DNA of 29,435 nt, from the IMG/VR virus record IMGVR_UViG_3300043256_000148, positions 1 through 29,435 of that record; one strand, written 5' to 3'. Below, in pieces: positions 1 to 8,949 of the stretch (the stretch's first letter is position 1; each line of letters starts with the position of its first letter). The notes beneath the pieces are model-generated. The model searched no databases. It was given only the letters and a program-made list of their open reading frames with translations, and had not been told where the DNA came from. A program made the position numbers and the translations under genes. This stretch comes from a virus. Taxonomy: Duplodnaviria; Caudoviricetes.

Positions 1-370
1 CATAGGGCGACCCCTCGTCCTTGACGTTGCCGAAATCCATCGTCCCGTTGTCATCGACCCCGAACGGCACCCGGCAATGGTGGATCTCGGTCTCCGATTT
101 GACCACCATCAGTTCGATGATTGCTAGCTCACGATGCTTCCACCCCGAGAGATCAAGGACCAGGATCGAGGTGCCGATTTCAGGAACCAGGACGAAAGGA
201 ATCAGAGCAGCGAAGGCTCCGTTGGCCTGACCATCATCAGGCGTCACCAGACCAATCTCGCCACATTCCTCATTCCAAATGTTGAAATGGTCGGCCCACA
301 CGGTTGGTCTTCGATCGATGTTGGCCCGGTCACAGGCTGCGGAGTAGCTCGCCAGGGTCTCAGCGATCAT
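1..370 (-). CDS. Hypothetical protein, truncated by window edge (MIAETLASYSAACDRANIDRRPTVWADHF...)
   Basis: My translation. Frame is open from ATG at 370 to base 1, and overlaps the upstream stop as ATGA (367-370). Not in the ORF track. Confidence 0.7.
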   Translation of the reverse strand, partial: MIAETLASYSAACDRANIDRRPTVWADHFNIWNEECGEIGLVTPDDGQANGAFAALIPFVLVPEIGTSILVLDLSGWKHRELAIIELMVVKSETEIHHCRVPFGVDDNGTMDFGNVKDEGSPY

Positions 371-540
371 GCCTGCCCCTCGATCGACACATCATGGTGG
401 TGATGGTCCGGTGCGTCGGCGTCAGGTGGTTCGGTCAGTTCCCATTGATTCCGACCGTCCTCATCAATACCGGCGAAGTAGCCATGAACCTCGACGGTGG
501 CCTGGCAGTCATAGCAGAACGCTTGCAATGTTTCGGCCAT
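367..540 (-). CDS. Small CxxC/His-rich hypothetical protein (57 aa)
   Basis: GGAGG RBS 7 nt before ATG at 540. Contains CYDC and HHHH. Lies directly downstream of a consensus promoter. Confidence 0.75.
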   Translation of the reverse strand: MAETLQAFCYDCQATVEVHGYFAGIDEDGRNQWELTEPPDADAPDHHHHDVSIEGQA

Positions 541-558
541 GTGCTTACCTCCACTGTG

Positions 559-587
559 ACCATACAGACCGAACATCTGAGTGTCAA
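559..587 (-). promoter_or_regulatory. SigA/sigma70-type promoter TTGACA-N17-TATGGT
   Basis: Minus strand reads TTGACA ctcagatgttcggtctg TATGGT cacagt GGAGG taagcac ATG. Confidence 0.8.
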
Positions 588-590
588 TAA

Positions 591-625
591 CCTTCACCCC
601 CGGAGTATCAGTCCGAGGGTGAGGG
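591..625 (-). terminator. Stem-loop, probable terminator of the structural/lysis operon
   Basis: CCCTCACCCTCGGA-loop-TCCGGGGGTGAAGG followed by TTATT, about 50 nt after the holin stop. U-tract is weak. Confidence 0.55.
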
Positions 626-675
626 CCGGTAAGCATGCACGGTTTTCACCGCCACACTCTGTCAGCGTACCAGAG

Positions 676-897
676 TCAGTCGATGGCGCTAGGCGAGCCA
701 GTCGCACCCACACGAATAGTCGTCAGTGAGGTCAGCACCGAAAGCAAGCCACCGGCGCCGGCCGCTCCCAGTAACAGCATGAAGTCCATCGCGAACAGGT
801 CGAGGACTTCCGATGCACCAAGAGCAAGGATCACCGCTTGGGCTCCGCTCTTAATCGCCCGTTCGCTGGTCTCTCGCCAGAATCTCCAAGTGAACAT
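676..897 (-). CDS. Holin, r1t-like family (73 aa)
   Basis: MFTWRFWRETSERAIKSGAQA...LLSVLTSL...GSPS pattern typical of r1t-type holins. Two hydrophobic segments. AAAGGAG RBS. Confidence 0.85.
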   Translation of the reverse strand: MFTWRFWRETSERAIKSGAQAVILALGASEVLDLFAMDFMLLLGAAGAGGLLSVLTSLTTIRVGATGSPSAID

Positions 898-975
898 TAT
901 TCTCTCCTTTGATTGTGTGCTCGGATTCGTTCCGAACAGGACTCTGTAAAGTTTCGGTCCCCGGACCACGGGTCA

Positions 976-1380
976 TCACCTATCACCGAGGCCGACGAAA
1001 TCTCGGAGAGCGTCGATCCGTTCCTTTAATACCGTGCTCTGGACGATGGCTTCAGAACGGATCAGATTTCCTTGCGCTCGAAGTTCACCCTCTAGAGCAT
1101 CCAGTTGATTTTGGAAAGATTCTCCTTGACTCTGGTCACGTTCTGCGCTGAGAGCGTCGGCTGCCTCAATGAGTACTTTGAGAGTGGCATCTTCAGTCTG
1201 CAACTGCTTGTCCAGGGTTTCCAACTGGCGTTCGATGACCATGATTTCCCGATCCAGGCGGTCACCTAGAGCATCAATCGAACCCTGAATCGGAAGGATG
1301 ATCGCTCCAATGCCACTGATGAGAGCCACCAGCCCGATGATGCTGCCGATGATACGGGTACCGTTGGATGTCTCAGCCAT
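976..1380 (-). CDS. Single-TM coiled-coil membrane protein in the lysis cassette
   Basis: N-terminal TM helix (IIGSIIGLVALISGIGAIIL) followed by heptad-rich helix. Lies between endolysin and holin. Confidence 0.7.
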   Translation of the reverse strand: MAETSNGTRIIGSIIGLVALISGIGAIILPIQGSIDALGDRLDREIMVIERQLETLDKQLQTEDATLKVLIEAADALSAERDQSQGESFQNQLDALEGELRAQGNLIRSEAIVQSTVLKERIDALRDFVGLGDR

Positions 1381-2231
1381 CAGGGAAGTTCCACCTCACC
1401 AGTAATGACCAGCTTACCTGATGGTCCTCTCGGTCCCTTGGGGCCAGTCGCACCTTTGGCTCCGGCATCACCCTTCGCTCCAGTCGTACCCTTGGGCCCA
1501 GGGTCGCCTTTGTCGCCCTTGGGTCCCTGGGCACCGCTGGCGGCTATGAACTTGACGTTGAGAGAGAGGGCTTCGCCAGGTCCGATGACGGGATCACCGG
1601 GACTGAACTTGGCTAAGACCCTGGCGGTCTCGTCACCGAACTTGCCGTACCCGTCGGTGCCAGCAGGGTTGAAGGTCGGGTCAAGGGTTTTGAGGATACG
1701 CTGCCAGTACTCAACCCAAGGACCTTTGTCGCCTTTCTTTATGAACATGTCATCTTCTCCTAGTGTTATCGAGGTTTGAGTTCCTATGTCCCAAGGGGTG
1801 TCATCGGTCTGGTTGATCCGGTAAACGGAAACGTGGACATGAGACGAATGCGGATTCGGGCCCGAGTAGGAACGCCACGTATAGGGAAGCCCGTTGGGGT
1901 GGTTGTACGACGAGTACATGCGCTCCTCGTGGATCACGTATTTGATCCTCGGGTCACGGGACAGCCTGACGGCTTCTGCCACAGTAAAAGCGTCATCTTC
2001 GATCACTTCACCAATATCCCCGGCACGCACGTCGCCATTCGCATCGGGGGTGTGATCCGATTTGGGACTGTTGAGATAGTGGCCTTGACCGGCGGCGGTC
2101 CCGTCCGCCGGATGACTAACCGGATAGGCAGTGTCCACTTGAATGAGCAGTTGGGTAAGTGAAGGGACGGTCTGCCACGCCCGTCGAACATCGTCCGTGT
2201 AGGTGACTGTACCAGTGAGTCGCCATCTCAT
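1380..2231 (-). CDS. Endolysin: Zn (M15/LAS-like) peptidase + PG-binding-like domain + collagen GXY tail
   Basis: SDHTPD..VRAGD and PHSSHVHVS metal motifs. IKKGDKGPWVEYWQRIL resembles PG_binding_1. 13-14 consecutive Gly-X-Y triplets at the C-terminus. Confidence 0.75.
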   Translation of the reverse strand: MRWRLTGTVTYTDDVRRAWQTVPSLTQLLIQVDTAYPVSHPADGTAAGQGHYLNSPKSDHTPDANGDVRAGDIGEVIEDDAFTVAEAVRLSRDPRIKYVIHEERMYSSYNHPNGLPYTWRSYSGPNPHSSHVHVSVYRINQTDDTPWDIGTQTSITLGEDDMFIKKGDKGPWVEYWQRILKTLDPTFNPAGTDGYGKFGDETARVLAKFSPGDPVIGPGEALSLNVKFIAASGAQGPKGDKGDPGPKGTTGAKGDAGAKGATGPKGPRGPSGKLVITGEVELP

Positions 2232-2740
2232 TTCAATAGTTCTGCTTGTGTCATGGTGCAGGTGACTTCGATACTGGCGTTGGCTGTTCCCAGTTGACCA
2301 GTGAGTACAAAGGTGAGGGCGTCGGACGTCATTTCTGTGGCTGTGCCATAGCCGGTAACTATTTCACCATCAGTGCTGTGGTTAGCGAATGTTTCCGCGT
2401 CGGCGTCTGATATTTGGAGGGTGCCTCTGATTCGTTGGGTATCTGCTGCTGTTGCCAGGAGTTCGACTTCCATATCCCATTTGCGTCGGTTGGCGCTCTG
2501 AGCCAACGACAACGCTGCTGTGGTGAGAATGGTGGTGGTTCCCAATTTCACTTTGAAGGTAAGGGTCGCCGCCGCTCCGGTGTTGTTGAGGAATTCGCCG
2601 GCCATTTTGACCCTTATCGACTGTTCTGCGAACTCCAGGCCGTAGGCGGGAACGTCGAAGTTGACCAGGTCAGTTTCGGTGATCGAATTATTGATCGTGA
2701 CCGTGGCGATCTTCGACACGAGTTTTATTACGTTGCTCAT
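2228..2740 (-). CDS. Minor tail protein (beta-rich, 170 aa)
   Basis: Thr/Ala-rich and beta-strand-like. Last gene of the tail block with ATGA overlaps on both sides. Confidence 0.6.
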   Translation of the reverse strand: MSNVIKLVSKIATVTINNSITETDLVNFDVPAYGLEFAEQSIRVKMAGEFLNNTGAAATLTFKVKLGTTTILTTAALSLAQSANRRKWDMEVELLATAADTQRIRGTLQISDADAETFANHSTDGEIVTGYGTATEMTSDALTFVLTGQLGTANASIEVTCTMTQAELLK

Positions 2741-3456
2741 AAGACGCTCAGGGTGAAGTCGTCACCGTCGATGTAAGTGGCGGCAATATCGCCTATGTCG
2801 TATGTCCATGATGCGGTGCAATAGACAGTATCAGCCGGGGCGACCATTTGAATAGTGTGGAGGACATAGGAGGTGGTCATTACTAGACCGTTGCCTGTCA
2901 CCTGGCCGTTGAACCCGCCGTCTTTGTCTTTGAGAGTGAGCGTGAGATCTACAGTCGGTGGGGTCCCGCCGATGTCGCTGGCTGTGAAGTAACCGCCCCA
3001 AGTGACAAGATCACTGGGGTCGACTCGCGCGGTGTACTGCCGTGAGATCCACGCGGCGAAACCCAAGTCGCACATTTCGTCTTGCAGCCAGTGAGCAGAC
3101 AAACCGGGGGAAACAGATGCTTTGGTGCCATCATCGTCCTGCCACCGGAGATGGTAGGTGTCTGACCTGGAGTTGGAACTGGAAACGATACATTCGATGC
3201 TTGAGATGGGTGGACCCTGTAACCACAGGTTCGACCCAGGTGCTCCTGAACTATCAGATGGCCATATCGGTCCGGCGGTGACGTAAGTTGGGATTTCGTC
3301 GCCGTTGGGTCCGCCAGTATGAACCGATATTTGGCTTTCTAATCCGGGGTCGCTGATGGTCTCCCCAGTGAACCGCGGTTTGCTACACGGCGCTCCTCTC
3401 CGTGGCGGTGTCGAAGCGAAGGACGGAGTCCCGACCCGGAGACGAGTGAACGTCAT
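2737..3456 (-). CDS. Minor tail protein with CBM/galactose-binding-like jelly-roll domain
   Basis: ISDPGLE...TTSYVLHTIQMVAPADTVY...YIDGDDFTL pattern resembles CBM4/9-like domains. Start placed at the ATGA overlap (3456). Confidence 0.55.
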   Translation of the reverse strand: MTFTRLRVGTPSFASTPPRRGAPCSKPRFTGETISDPGLESQISVHTGGPNGDEIPTYVTAGPIWPSDSSGAPGSNLWLQGPPISSIECIVSSSNSRSDTYHLRWQDDDGTKASVSPGLSAHWLQDEMCDLGFAAWISRQYTARVDPSDLVTWGGYFTASDIGGTPPTVDLTLTLKDKDGGFNGQVTGNGLVMTTSYVLHTIQMVAPADTVYCTASWTYDIGDIAATYIDGDDFTLSVL

Positions 3457-4562
3457 GCTACTGTCTCCCAATTCACATAGCGGGTCAGGTCTATCCAGTC
3501 ATCTGACGTGGACGTAGTATCGGGCCGGTAGTAGATGCCCATGCCGTCGGCGACCGGCCATGACGCTTCCAGGAGCCTGGTCTTTTTCGGCCATATTGTC
3601 TGACCCCGAAACCAGACTTCGTTGCTGGTATCGACAAACCCTGACGGTGGGTCATAAATCCAGAACATGTCACCCACCTCAAGGTTGCCGCCGGTTATTT
3701 CGTACTGATCGGTATCGACCTCCTGCTCGTCATTGACTGCACGAAGGGCGAGTTCGTTGGTCATATAGTTGGTGACGGACACAGTCGCAGTGCTCGGTTT
3801 TGACACAACAGCGGAACGAAGGAGAGCATTACCGTGGATGTCCTGATACGAATGTGCAATGGTGGTCGAATCAACCAAGGTGAACGTACCATCAGGCTGT
3901 TCGTCAAGGATCAGGAGCTTGGTGGCGAATTCGTAGGCGTCGCGGCGAGTGACTAACCGTCGGGAAGGTACCCCATCATATGTGGGATCTGAACCCCAGT
4001 CTTGACGGACGACTACTACGGTCGGTGATGTGTAGACATACACTTCGTCTCTGGTCGTTTTGGAAGCGTCGATGGTCCCGTTGGGGTTGACCCGAAAGTG
4101 GGCGTCGAGGTCAGTCATCACCGTTCGAATCACGGAAATCGGGGTTTCCCATTGGAACAGCCCGGTATAACTATTGAGGCCGGTGGTAGTAATGGTCCCT
4201 TGAATGATCGCGTCGGGTAAGACACCGGTCGTGGTTTGGAGCACAGCGGACAAGGCTGCTGAACTGAACGACTTTTCTGTTTCGATGATCGGCCCTTTAC
4301 CGTCGGTGTCGCCTAGATACCAACCCATTCCCTGCCCACGGATGAACAGTCCACCGTCCATCCACTCTGTCTCTAGGACCACACCGGCATACCGGGCGGC
4401 TGACAGAAGATTGGCGTCAGCCACCAACGCTGGCGGATTGACATGCTGTGGGGTGATAACCAGATTGCCGAATTCGGCGATCTGTTCTAACAAGTCGTAA
4501 GGAGCCGATGTTCTGAGGGGAACGTGAAATGAGCCGGGATTCATGTAATGCTCAGTAATCAT
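3453..4562 (-). CDS. Minor tail protein (hub/Tal-like, 369 aa)
   Basis: Second gene after the tape measure. Start MITEHYMNPG at the ATGA overlap 4559-4562. Confidence 0.65.
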   Translation of the reverse strand: MITEHYMNPGSFHVPLRTSAPYDLLEQIAEFGNLVITPQHVNPPALVADANLLSAARYAGVVLETEWMDGGLFIRGQGMGWYLGDTDGKGPIIETEKSFSSAALSAVLQTTTGVLPDAIIQGTITTTGLNSYTGLFQWETPISVIRTVMTDLDAHFRVNPNGTIDASKTTRDEVYVYTSPTVVVVRQDWGSDPTYDGVPSRRLVTRRDAYEFATKLLILDEQPDGTFTLVDSTTIAHSYQDIHGNALLRSAVVSKPSTATVSVTNYMTNELALRAVNDEQEVDTDQYEITGGNLEVGDMFWIYDPPSGFVDTSNEVWFRGQTIWPKKTRLLEASWPVADGMGIYYRPDTTSTSDDWIDLTRYVNWETVA

Positions 4563-5815
4563 CTGCGCACGGCTCGAACTACTTCTGCGAACGCTCCCAA
4601 ATACTGGAGACACTGGTCGGCTGCTTGATCGTTAGATGATGCTCCCGACCCGCCGATTTCGCTGCCTAAGAAGAAGTCGAAAGTCTTGGTGGAGGCGAAG
4701 TCCAGCCCTCCGTTTGTGGTGTCTTTCGTCGTGGATTTTGATGAGCCCATGACGTATCGGTTACCATCACCGTCGTTGCTGGTGGCTCGCAACGCCACCG
4801 CTGAGGAAGCTCCAGTGGGAGTGATGGCTGTGGACGATTCACTAGAATCTCGATCTAATGACCATGTGGTAGCTGGCCCACTCCAAGTGAAATAGGCGGA
4901 GACGGACAGCGAACCGCGACGGAGAGTCAGGTCGAGGACATGACGGTGGACAGTGGCCGGGGATTCGTCGGCATCACGCACCAGCCGAATGGTGACCACT
5001 TCAGCAGTGTTGCGGATGATCGACACATAGTGCCATTCGGGGATGCGGTCGGTGGTGGCGTATTTGATGTTGTAGGTGACCGCGTCGTATGCGGACCCAT
5101 CCCAGTGGGAGACGATGATCCGCCCGTCTGAACTGCCGCCACCGCCAGGTGTCACCTTTACCAGCTTGTTGCCGATTTCCCAGGTGCCCGGCGTGTTCGG
5201 AGCATCGAGACCGGAACGGGTATAGCTGTTGACACTGATATAACAGCCGCCGTCGTAGTAGTTGCCAGGGTCTATTGCCCACTTCGGATCGACCGTAGTA
5301 TCCAGGTCCAGAATCACCGGGATCGCTCCGTCTTCCGTGGTGCGGGTCCACGCAGTTGGAGACCCGGATGACCCACCGTCATAGGCAAGCGCACCGAATG
5401 GAGGCGAATGCCAGAATTGGACTTCACCAACGACGAGTCCGTGATTGTTGGCGATGAGAGCGCCAGTTAGCAGCGACTGATGCTCGACTTGTCCGGTTCC
5501 GCCGACTCGGCGAGTACCGAGGCTGAATGGAAGGTAACCATCAGCGATAAGCGATCCTCGTGATGCTCTGATCTGCACCATGTTGATTTCATAGAAACCG
5601 TCAAGCGACGACTCTCCTGTGTAGGTGATAGGGACGAGAAGTCCAACCTGTTGTTCGAGTTCAGTCCGTATGTACAGGGCGTCGGCCAACGTCGCTTGTC
5701 CTATGTGCCCTGTAATGGTATGTCCAAATTCTCCGACCGTCGCCGATGTTTGCCATCTGGTCGGGGCTGCGAGGGTGGCTTCGACACCGACACGGCCCAC
5801 GGTGAGAGTACCCAT
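4559..5815 (-). CDS. Minor tail protein (distal-tail position, 418 aa)
   Basis: Immediately follows the tape measure. Beta-rich and Gly/Ser/Thr-rich. Confidence 0.65.
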   Translation of the reverse strand: MGTLTVGRVGVEATLAAPTRWQTSATVGEFGHTITGHIGQATLADALYIRTELEQQVGLLVPITYTGESSLDGFYEINMVQIRASRGSLIADGYLPFSLGTRRVGGTGQVEHQSLLTGALIANNHGLVVGEVQFWHSPPFGALAYDGGSSGSPTAWTRTTEDGAIPVILDLDTTVDPKWAIDPGNYYDGGCYISVNSYTRSGLDAPNTPGTWEIGNKLVKVTPGGGGSSDGRIIVSHWDGSAYDAVTYNIKYATTDRIPEWHYVSIIRNTAEVVTIRLVRDADESPATVHRHVLDLTLRRGSLSVSAYFTWSGPATTWSLDRDSSESSTAITPTGASSAVALRATSNDGDGNRYVMGSSKSTTKDTTNGGLDFASTKTFDFFLGSEIGGSGASSNDQAADQCLQYLGAFAEVVRAVRR

Positions 5816-7731
5816 CAGCGGACTAGGTCACGGGAACGACGGGTCAACATCCGCTCGATTTCAACGGCCAGTTGCACTGCATCCCCGACGAACCCGTTGA
5901 CGGTAATGCTGATAGGCGGGTCTGCTGGGGCGTCATCGATGACGGTACTCGCTCCGTTGCCTCCCTGGTCATGAGCCGGGTTGCGGATCTCCTCACCACC
6001 GAGAACCCTGGCTAATACCTCTTGGCCTCGGGGAGCGTTGATCCGACCGCCGGTGTGTCGAGTAAGGCGGGGATGTGCAGGGTCAGGAATTGGTCCGGTC
6101 AATCCCAGCCACTCCGCACGGACATCAACGGAGAACAATCTATCGCTGAGGTTGGCTTGGATCGTATCGAAGACACCGAAGATCTCATCAATAACATCAT
6201 CGGGAACTCCCAACCCCCGAAACATGTTTCTCGCTGCTTCTCCGGTCGGGTTGATCCCCTCCGCTACTAGCTCATCGAAGGTGGTCCTCAGATCGAAAAG
6301 GACATCAGCCCGTTCCATGACTGCATCTACAAACTCAGGCGAATCCCGGGTGAATTTATCCTCAGCTTCAATGACGGCTTGCTCGGCTTCTTCTAGGTCT
6401 CGGGTGAGTCTGGTGATTCTGAACAGCGGGTTATGGACTTCAAGAAGAGCATCACGTTTGCGTTTGACGGCCTCTGCCGCCTCATCCAACGCCTCGGCTT
6501 GTTCCTTTTCGGCCTCAGTTAATTCTTCTGCTGCATCGGTAGTTTCTTCGGTAGCCCCAGCAAGACGACCTTGTTGAGCAGCCAGACGTCTGGCTTCCGC
6601 TCTGAGTTGAGCTGCTGACTTCTTCTGATCGTTGAGAATGCCCGTCAAGGTTTCGGCTTGAGCCCCGGTTAGCTTACCCTCCTCGCGGAGACGAGCCACG
6701 TTGTCGATGAGTTGGTCAAGTTCCTCGTTAGTCAGTTCCGACTCTTCCATGATTGCTCGGATACCTTCAGCGAAGCTGCCACTAGGACCGAATGGGAGAG
6801 CCCGGAGGATCGAGCCGAAGAAACGAGTGGATTCGGAAAGGTCGGTGATCGCTTTGTCGGCCAGCTCAACGCTACCAACTTCAAAACCAGTCACCCCCGA
6901 GAGTCGTTGCAGTTCGCTGATCTGGCCGAAAAGAACTGGGATGTCACGGGCCAACGATGCCAACACAGGCAGAAGTCCCATGCCGATGCTCTCAGTGATC
7001 TCATCGAATGACCGAGCGATCTTGTCCGAATCGTCCGCAGCAGCTTTCGCAGTCCCACCAAGTTGAGACTCCAACTCACCAAGGATGATCGTCTGCGCCT
7101 CAAGCAAGTTGCCTGATCGGGCCAGATCCTTAATCATGTCCTGCTGAGATTTGGAGAAGGTCAATCCAGCACGAGACAGCGCACCCATTTGACTGATCGG
7201 ATCGTTGAGAGCCTTGCCCAATTGGAGAGCACCCGATTTGGCATCGGTACCCATCGTCGCTGAAATGTCCAACACCAGAGCAGCCGTTCGATCGAAAACG
7301 TCATTACCCTCACCGAGTTCGTTACGCAGATTCTTGAAGGTGAGCAACACATTTTGCGATTCGGTGACCAGAGCCTTGTCGAACCCGGTGAGGATTGACG
7401 ATTGACGAGCCATCTCCTTCAATTCCTCGGCGGTGACGTTGGCGGCCCCGCCGGTCTGTTTGATGACTTGTTCGGTGATGGCGTACGCCGAGTTCATCCG
7501 CTCGGCTCGGTCAATAGCAACCTTGGCGATAGCTCCCATCGCCACTGCGGCAACCGTCACCCCGATCCTGATCTTGGCGGCGTTGGCTCGTAGGCTCTGA
7601 GTCATCCGTGAACCAGAAGTCTTGACCTCCTTCTCGGACGCTCTGAGTTTTTTGTCCAGGTCGGTCTTGTCGCCAACGATATGAACCTTGACCCGGTTGG
7701 TACCACCACCACCGAATCCGCCGAAGACCAT
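5815..7731 (-). CDS. Tape measure protein (638 aa)
   Basis: Longest ORF. Ala/Glu-rich helical. ALQLGKALNDP..GALSRAGLTFS and AQTIILGELESQLGG lambda-type TMP motifs. C-terminal HTGG motif. Confidence 0.9.
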   Translation of the reverse strand: MVFGGFGGGGTNRVKVHIVGDKTDLDKKLRASEKEVKTSGSRMTQSLRANAAKIRIGVTVAAVAMGAIAKVAIDRAERMNSAYAITEQVIKQTGGAANVTAEELKEMARQSSILTGFDKALVTESQNVLLTFKNLRNELGEGNDVFDRTAALVLDISATMGTDAKSGALQLGKALNDPISQMGALSRAGLTFSKSQQDMIKDLARSGNLLEAQTIILGELESQLGGTAKAAADDSDKIARSFDEITESIGMGLLPVLASLARDIPVLFGQISELQRLSGVTGFEVGSVELADKAITDLSESTRFFGSILRALPFGPSGSFAEGIRAIMEESELTNEELDQLIDNVARLREEGKLTGAQAETLTGILNDQKKSAAQLRAEARRLAAQQGRLAGATEETTDAAEELTEAEKEQAEALDEAAEAVKRKRDALLEVHNPLFRITRLTRDLEEAEQAVIEAEDKFTRDSPEFVDAVMERADVLFDLRTTFDELVAEGINPTGEAARNMFRGLGVPDDVIDEIFGVFDTIQANLSDRLFSVDVRAEWLGLTGPIPDPAHPRLTRHTGGRINAPRGQEVLARVLGGEEIRNPAHDQGGNGASTVIDDAPADPPISITVNGFVGDAVQLAVEIERMLTRRSRDLVR

Positions 7732-8075
7732 TACTCCTCCTCCAATGACTCAGAGGCAGCAGCGAGCGAAGTTTCCATTTCAGGATCTAGCTCGACCATG
7801 AACTCGGATAGCTCGCCCCAATCGAGATCGACATCATCGAAGGCGAACGGCGGGTTATCCCAATCAGGAGACCCGTCGGCCAAAGCACGAATCAGATTGA
7901 CGTAGAGGATCGCTTTGGCCGCAGCGATGACCCACTCGCCGTCACCAAGACGGGCGAGGGCATCCGCCCCGCACAGGTTGATAACCCTCGCCACGTCAAG
8001 AGGATCAGTAAGGGCAAGCCCTACATCGATCCGACGAGTCTCCCCGTCGGCCTCTATGTCAAGAACCAACTCCAT
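7731..8075 (-). CDS. Putative tail assembly chaperone (acidic, 114 aa)
   Basis: Position between tail tube gene and TMP. Acidic. TAATG overlap with TMP. Confidence 0.55.
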   Translation of the reverse strand: MELVLDIEADGETRRIDVGLALTDPLDVARVINLCGADALARLGDGEWVIAAAKAILYVNLIRALADGSPDWDNPPFAFDDVDLDWGELSEFMVELDPEMETSLAAASESLEEE

Positions 8076-8081
8076 TCGGCA

Positions 8082-8489
8082 TCATGCCCAAGTGGGTACG
8101 ACACCAGTTGCCAGCACGCCAGGCGCCGAGAACGTAAACGACCCATCACCGGCACGAGTCAAGGCGTAATCGGTGAACAGGTATTCACCGGGCAATGTCT
8201 GACTGGACACGGTGAGTGTGACAGTACGGACCACCGAAGTAGAGGGGACTGTCTTAAACACATCGTGAGACTGGTCGGCTGCGGGGTTGAAGACTCCGTT
8301 GAGGTCCACCGAGGCATCCGCCAAAAGCAGCAACCTCTCCATTGCCGACTTGTCGATACCGGTCACATCCTGTACCCCACGAGGGGTCGAAATCGAGATG
8401 TTGGTGAAGTCGTTTTTGATGGTCTTGGGGGCTCCTGCTGAGTCGTCTACTGTGGCTGCCGTCCAGCCTAAGCCTGTTTCCTTTGCCAT
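8082..8489 (-). CDS. Major tail (tube) protein, 135 aa
   Basis: Size, position and beta-rich sequence ending ...GVVPTWA. AAAGGAG RBS. Confidence 0.7.
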   Translation of the reverse strand: MAKETGLGWTAATVDDSAGAPKTIKNDFTNISISTPRGVQDVTGIDKSAMERLLLLADASVDLNGVFNPAADQSHDVFKTVPSTSVVRTVTLTVSSQTLPGEYLFTDYALTRAGDGSFTFSAPGVLATGVVPTWA

Positions 8490-8502
8490 TTCTGGCTCCT
8501 TT

Positions 8503-8949
8503 CTATTGTCGTCTTGCTAGTTGATCTTGGTGCTCACCGAAGTCGTTGACCCATGAGTCAGGCGACCCGTGAGTGAACCGTTCCCCGATCCGTTGCCGCC
8601 AGTCGCCTCGCTGCACCATGAAGAACGCCTCACGGTCCAACGGGATACGATGGGCTTCATCACCAGACGAGAAACAGGTCTGACCGGCTCCGAAGGTGAA
8701 CTCGGTGATGCCGTGTTCGTTGAACGTCTCGGTGAATCCTCGGCCTGACTCCCGACGGATGTAGTACGCCTGAGCTTGTCCCTTGTCGTCTGATTCGTCA
8801 ACGAAGGTCTGCCATCCGCTGATATGAGCCTGGCATTCGACCTCCTCACAGGTCGCTTTGCGCCAGTGGGTCGCCATCGGACGGGCAATCTCGTAGGTCT
8901 TGTATGCAGAGATCGGGCCTTGAGGCTGGATGCGGTTGAGAGGTTTCAT
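8503..8949 (-). CDS. Hypothetical protein in the tail module (CEEVEC motif)
   Basis: 148 aa, tightly packed between the two tail-tube-like genes. Confidence 0.7.
   Translation of the reverse strand: MKPLNRIQPQGPISAYKTYEIARPMATHWRKATCEEVECQAHISGWQTFVDESDDKGQAQAYYIRRESGRGFTETFNEHGITEFTFGAGQTCFSSGDEAHRIPLDREAFFMVQRGDWRQRIGERFTHGSPDSWVNDFGEHQDQLARRQ

Noticed and set aside
5981-7066. Long plus-strand ORFs opposite structural genes (also 10826-11233, 17430-18256 and others)
   Set aside because: Antisense shadows of GC-rich coding sequence, with no RBS or recognisable motifs.
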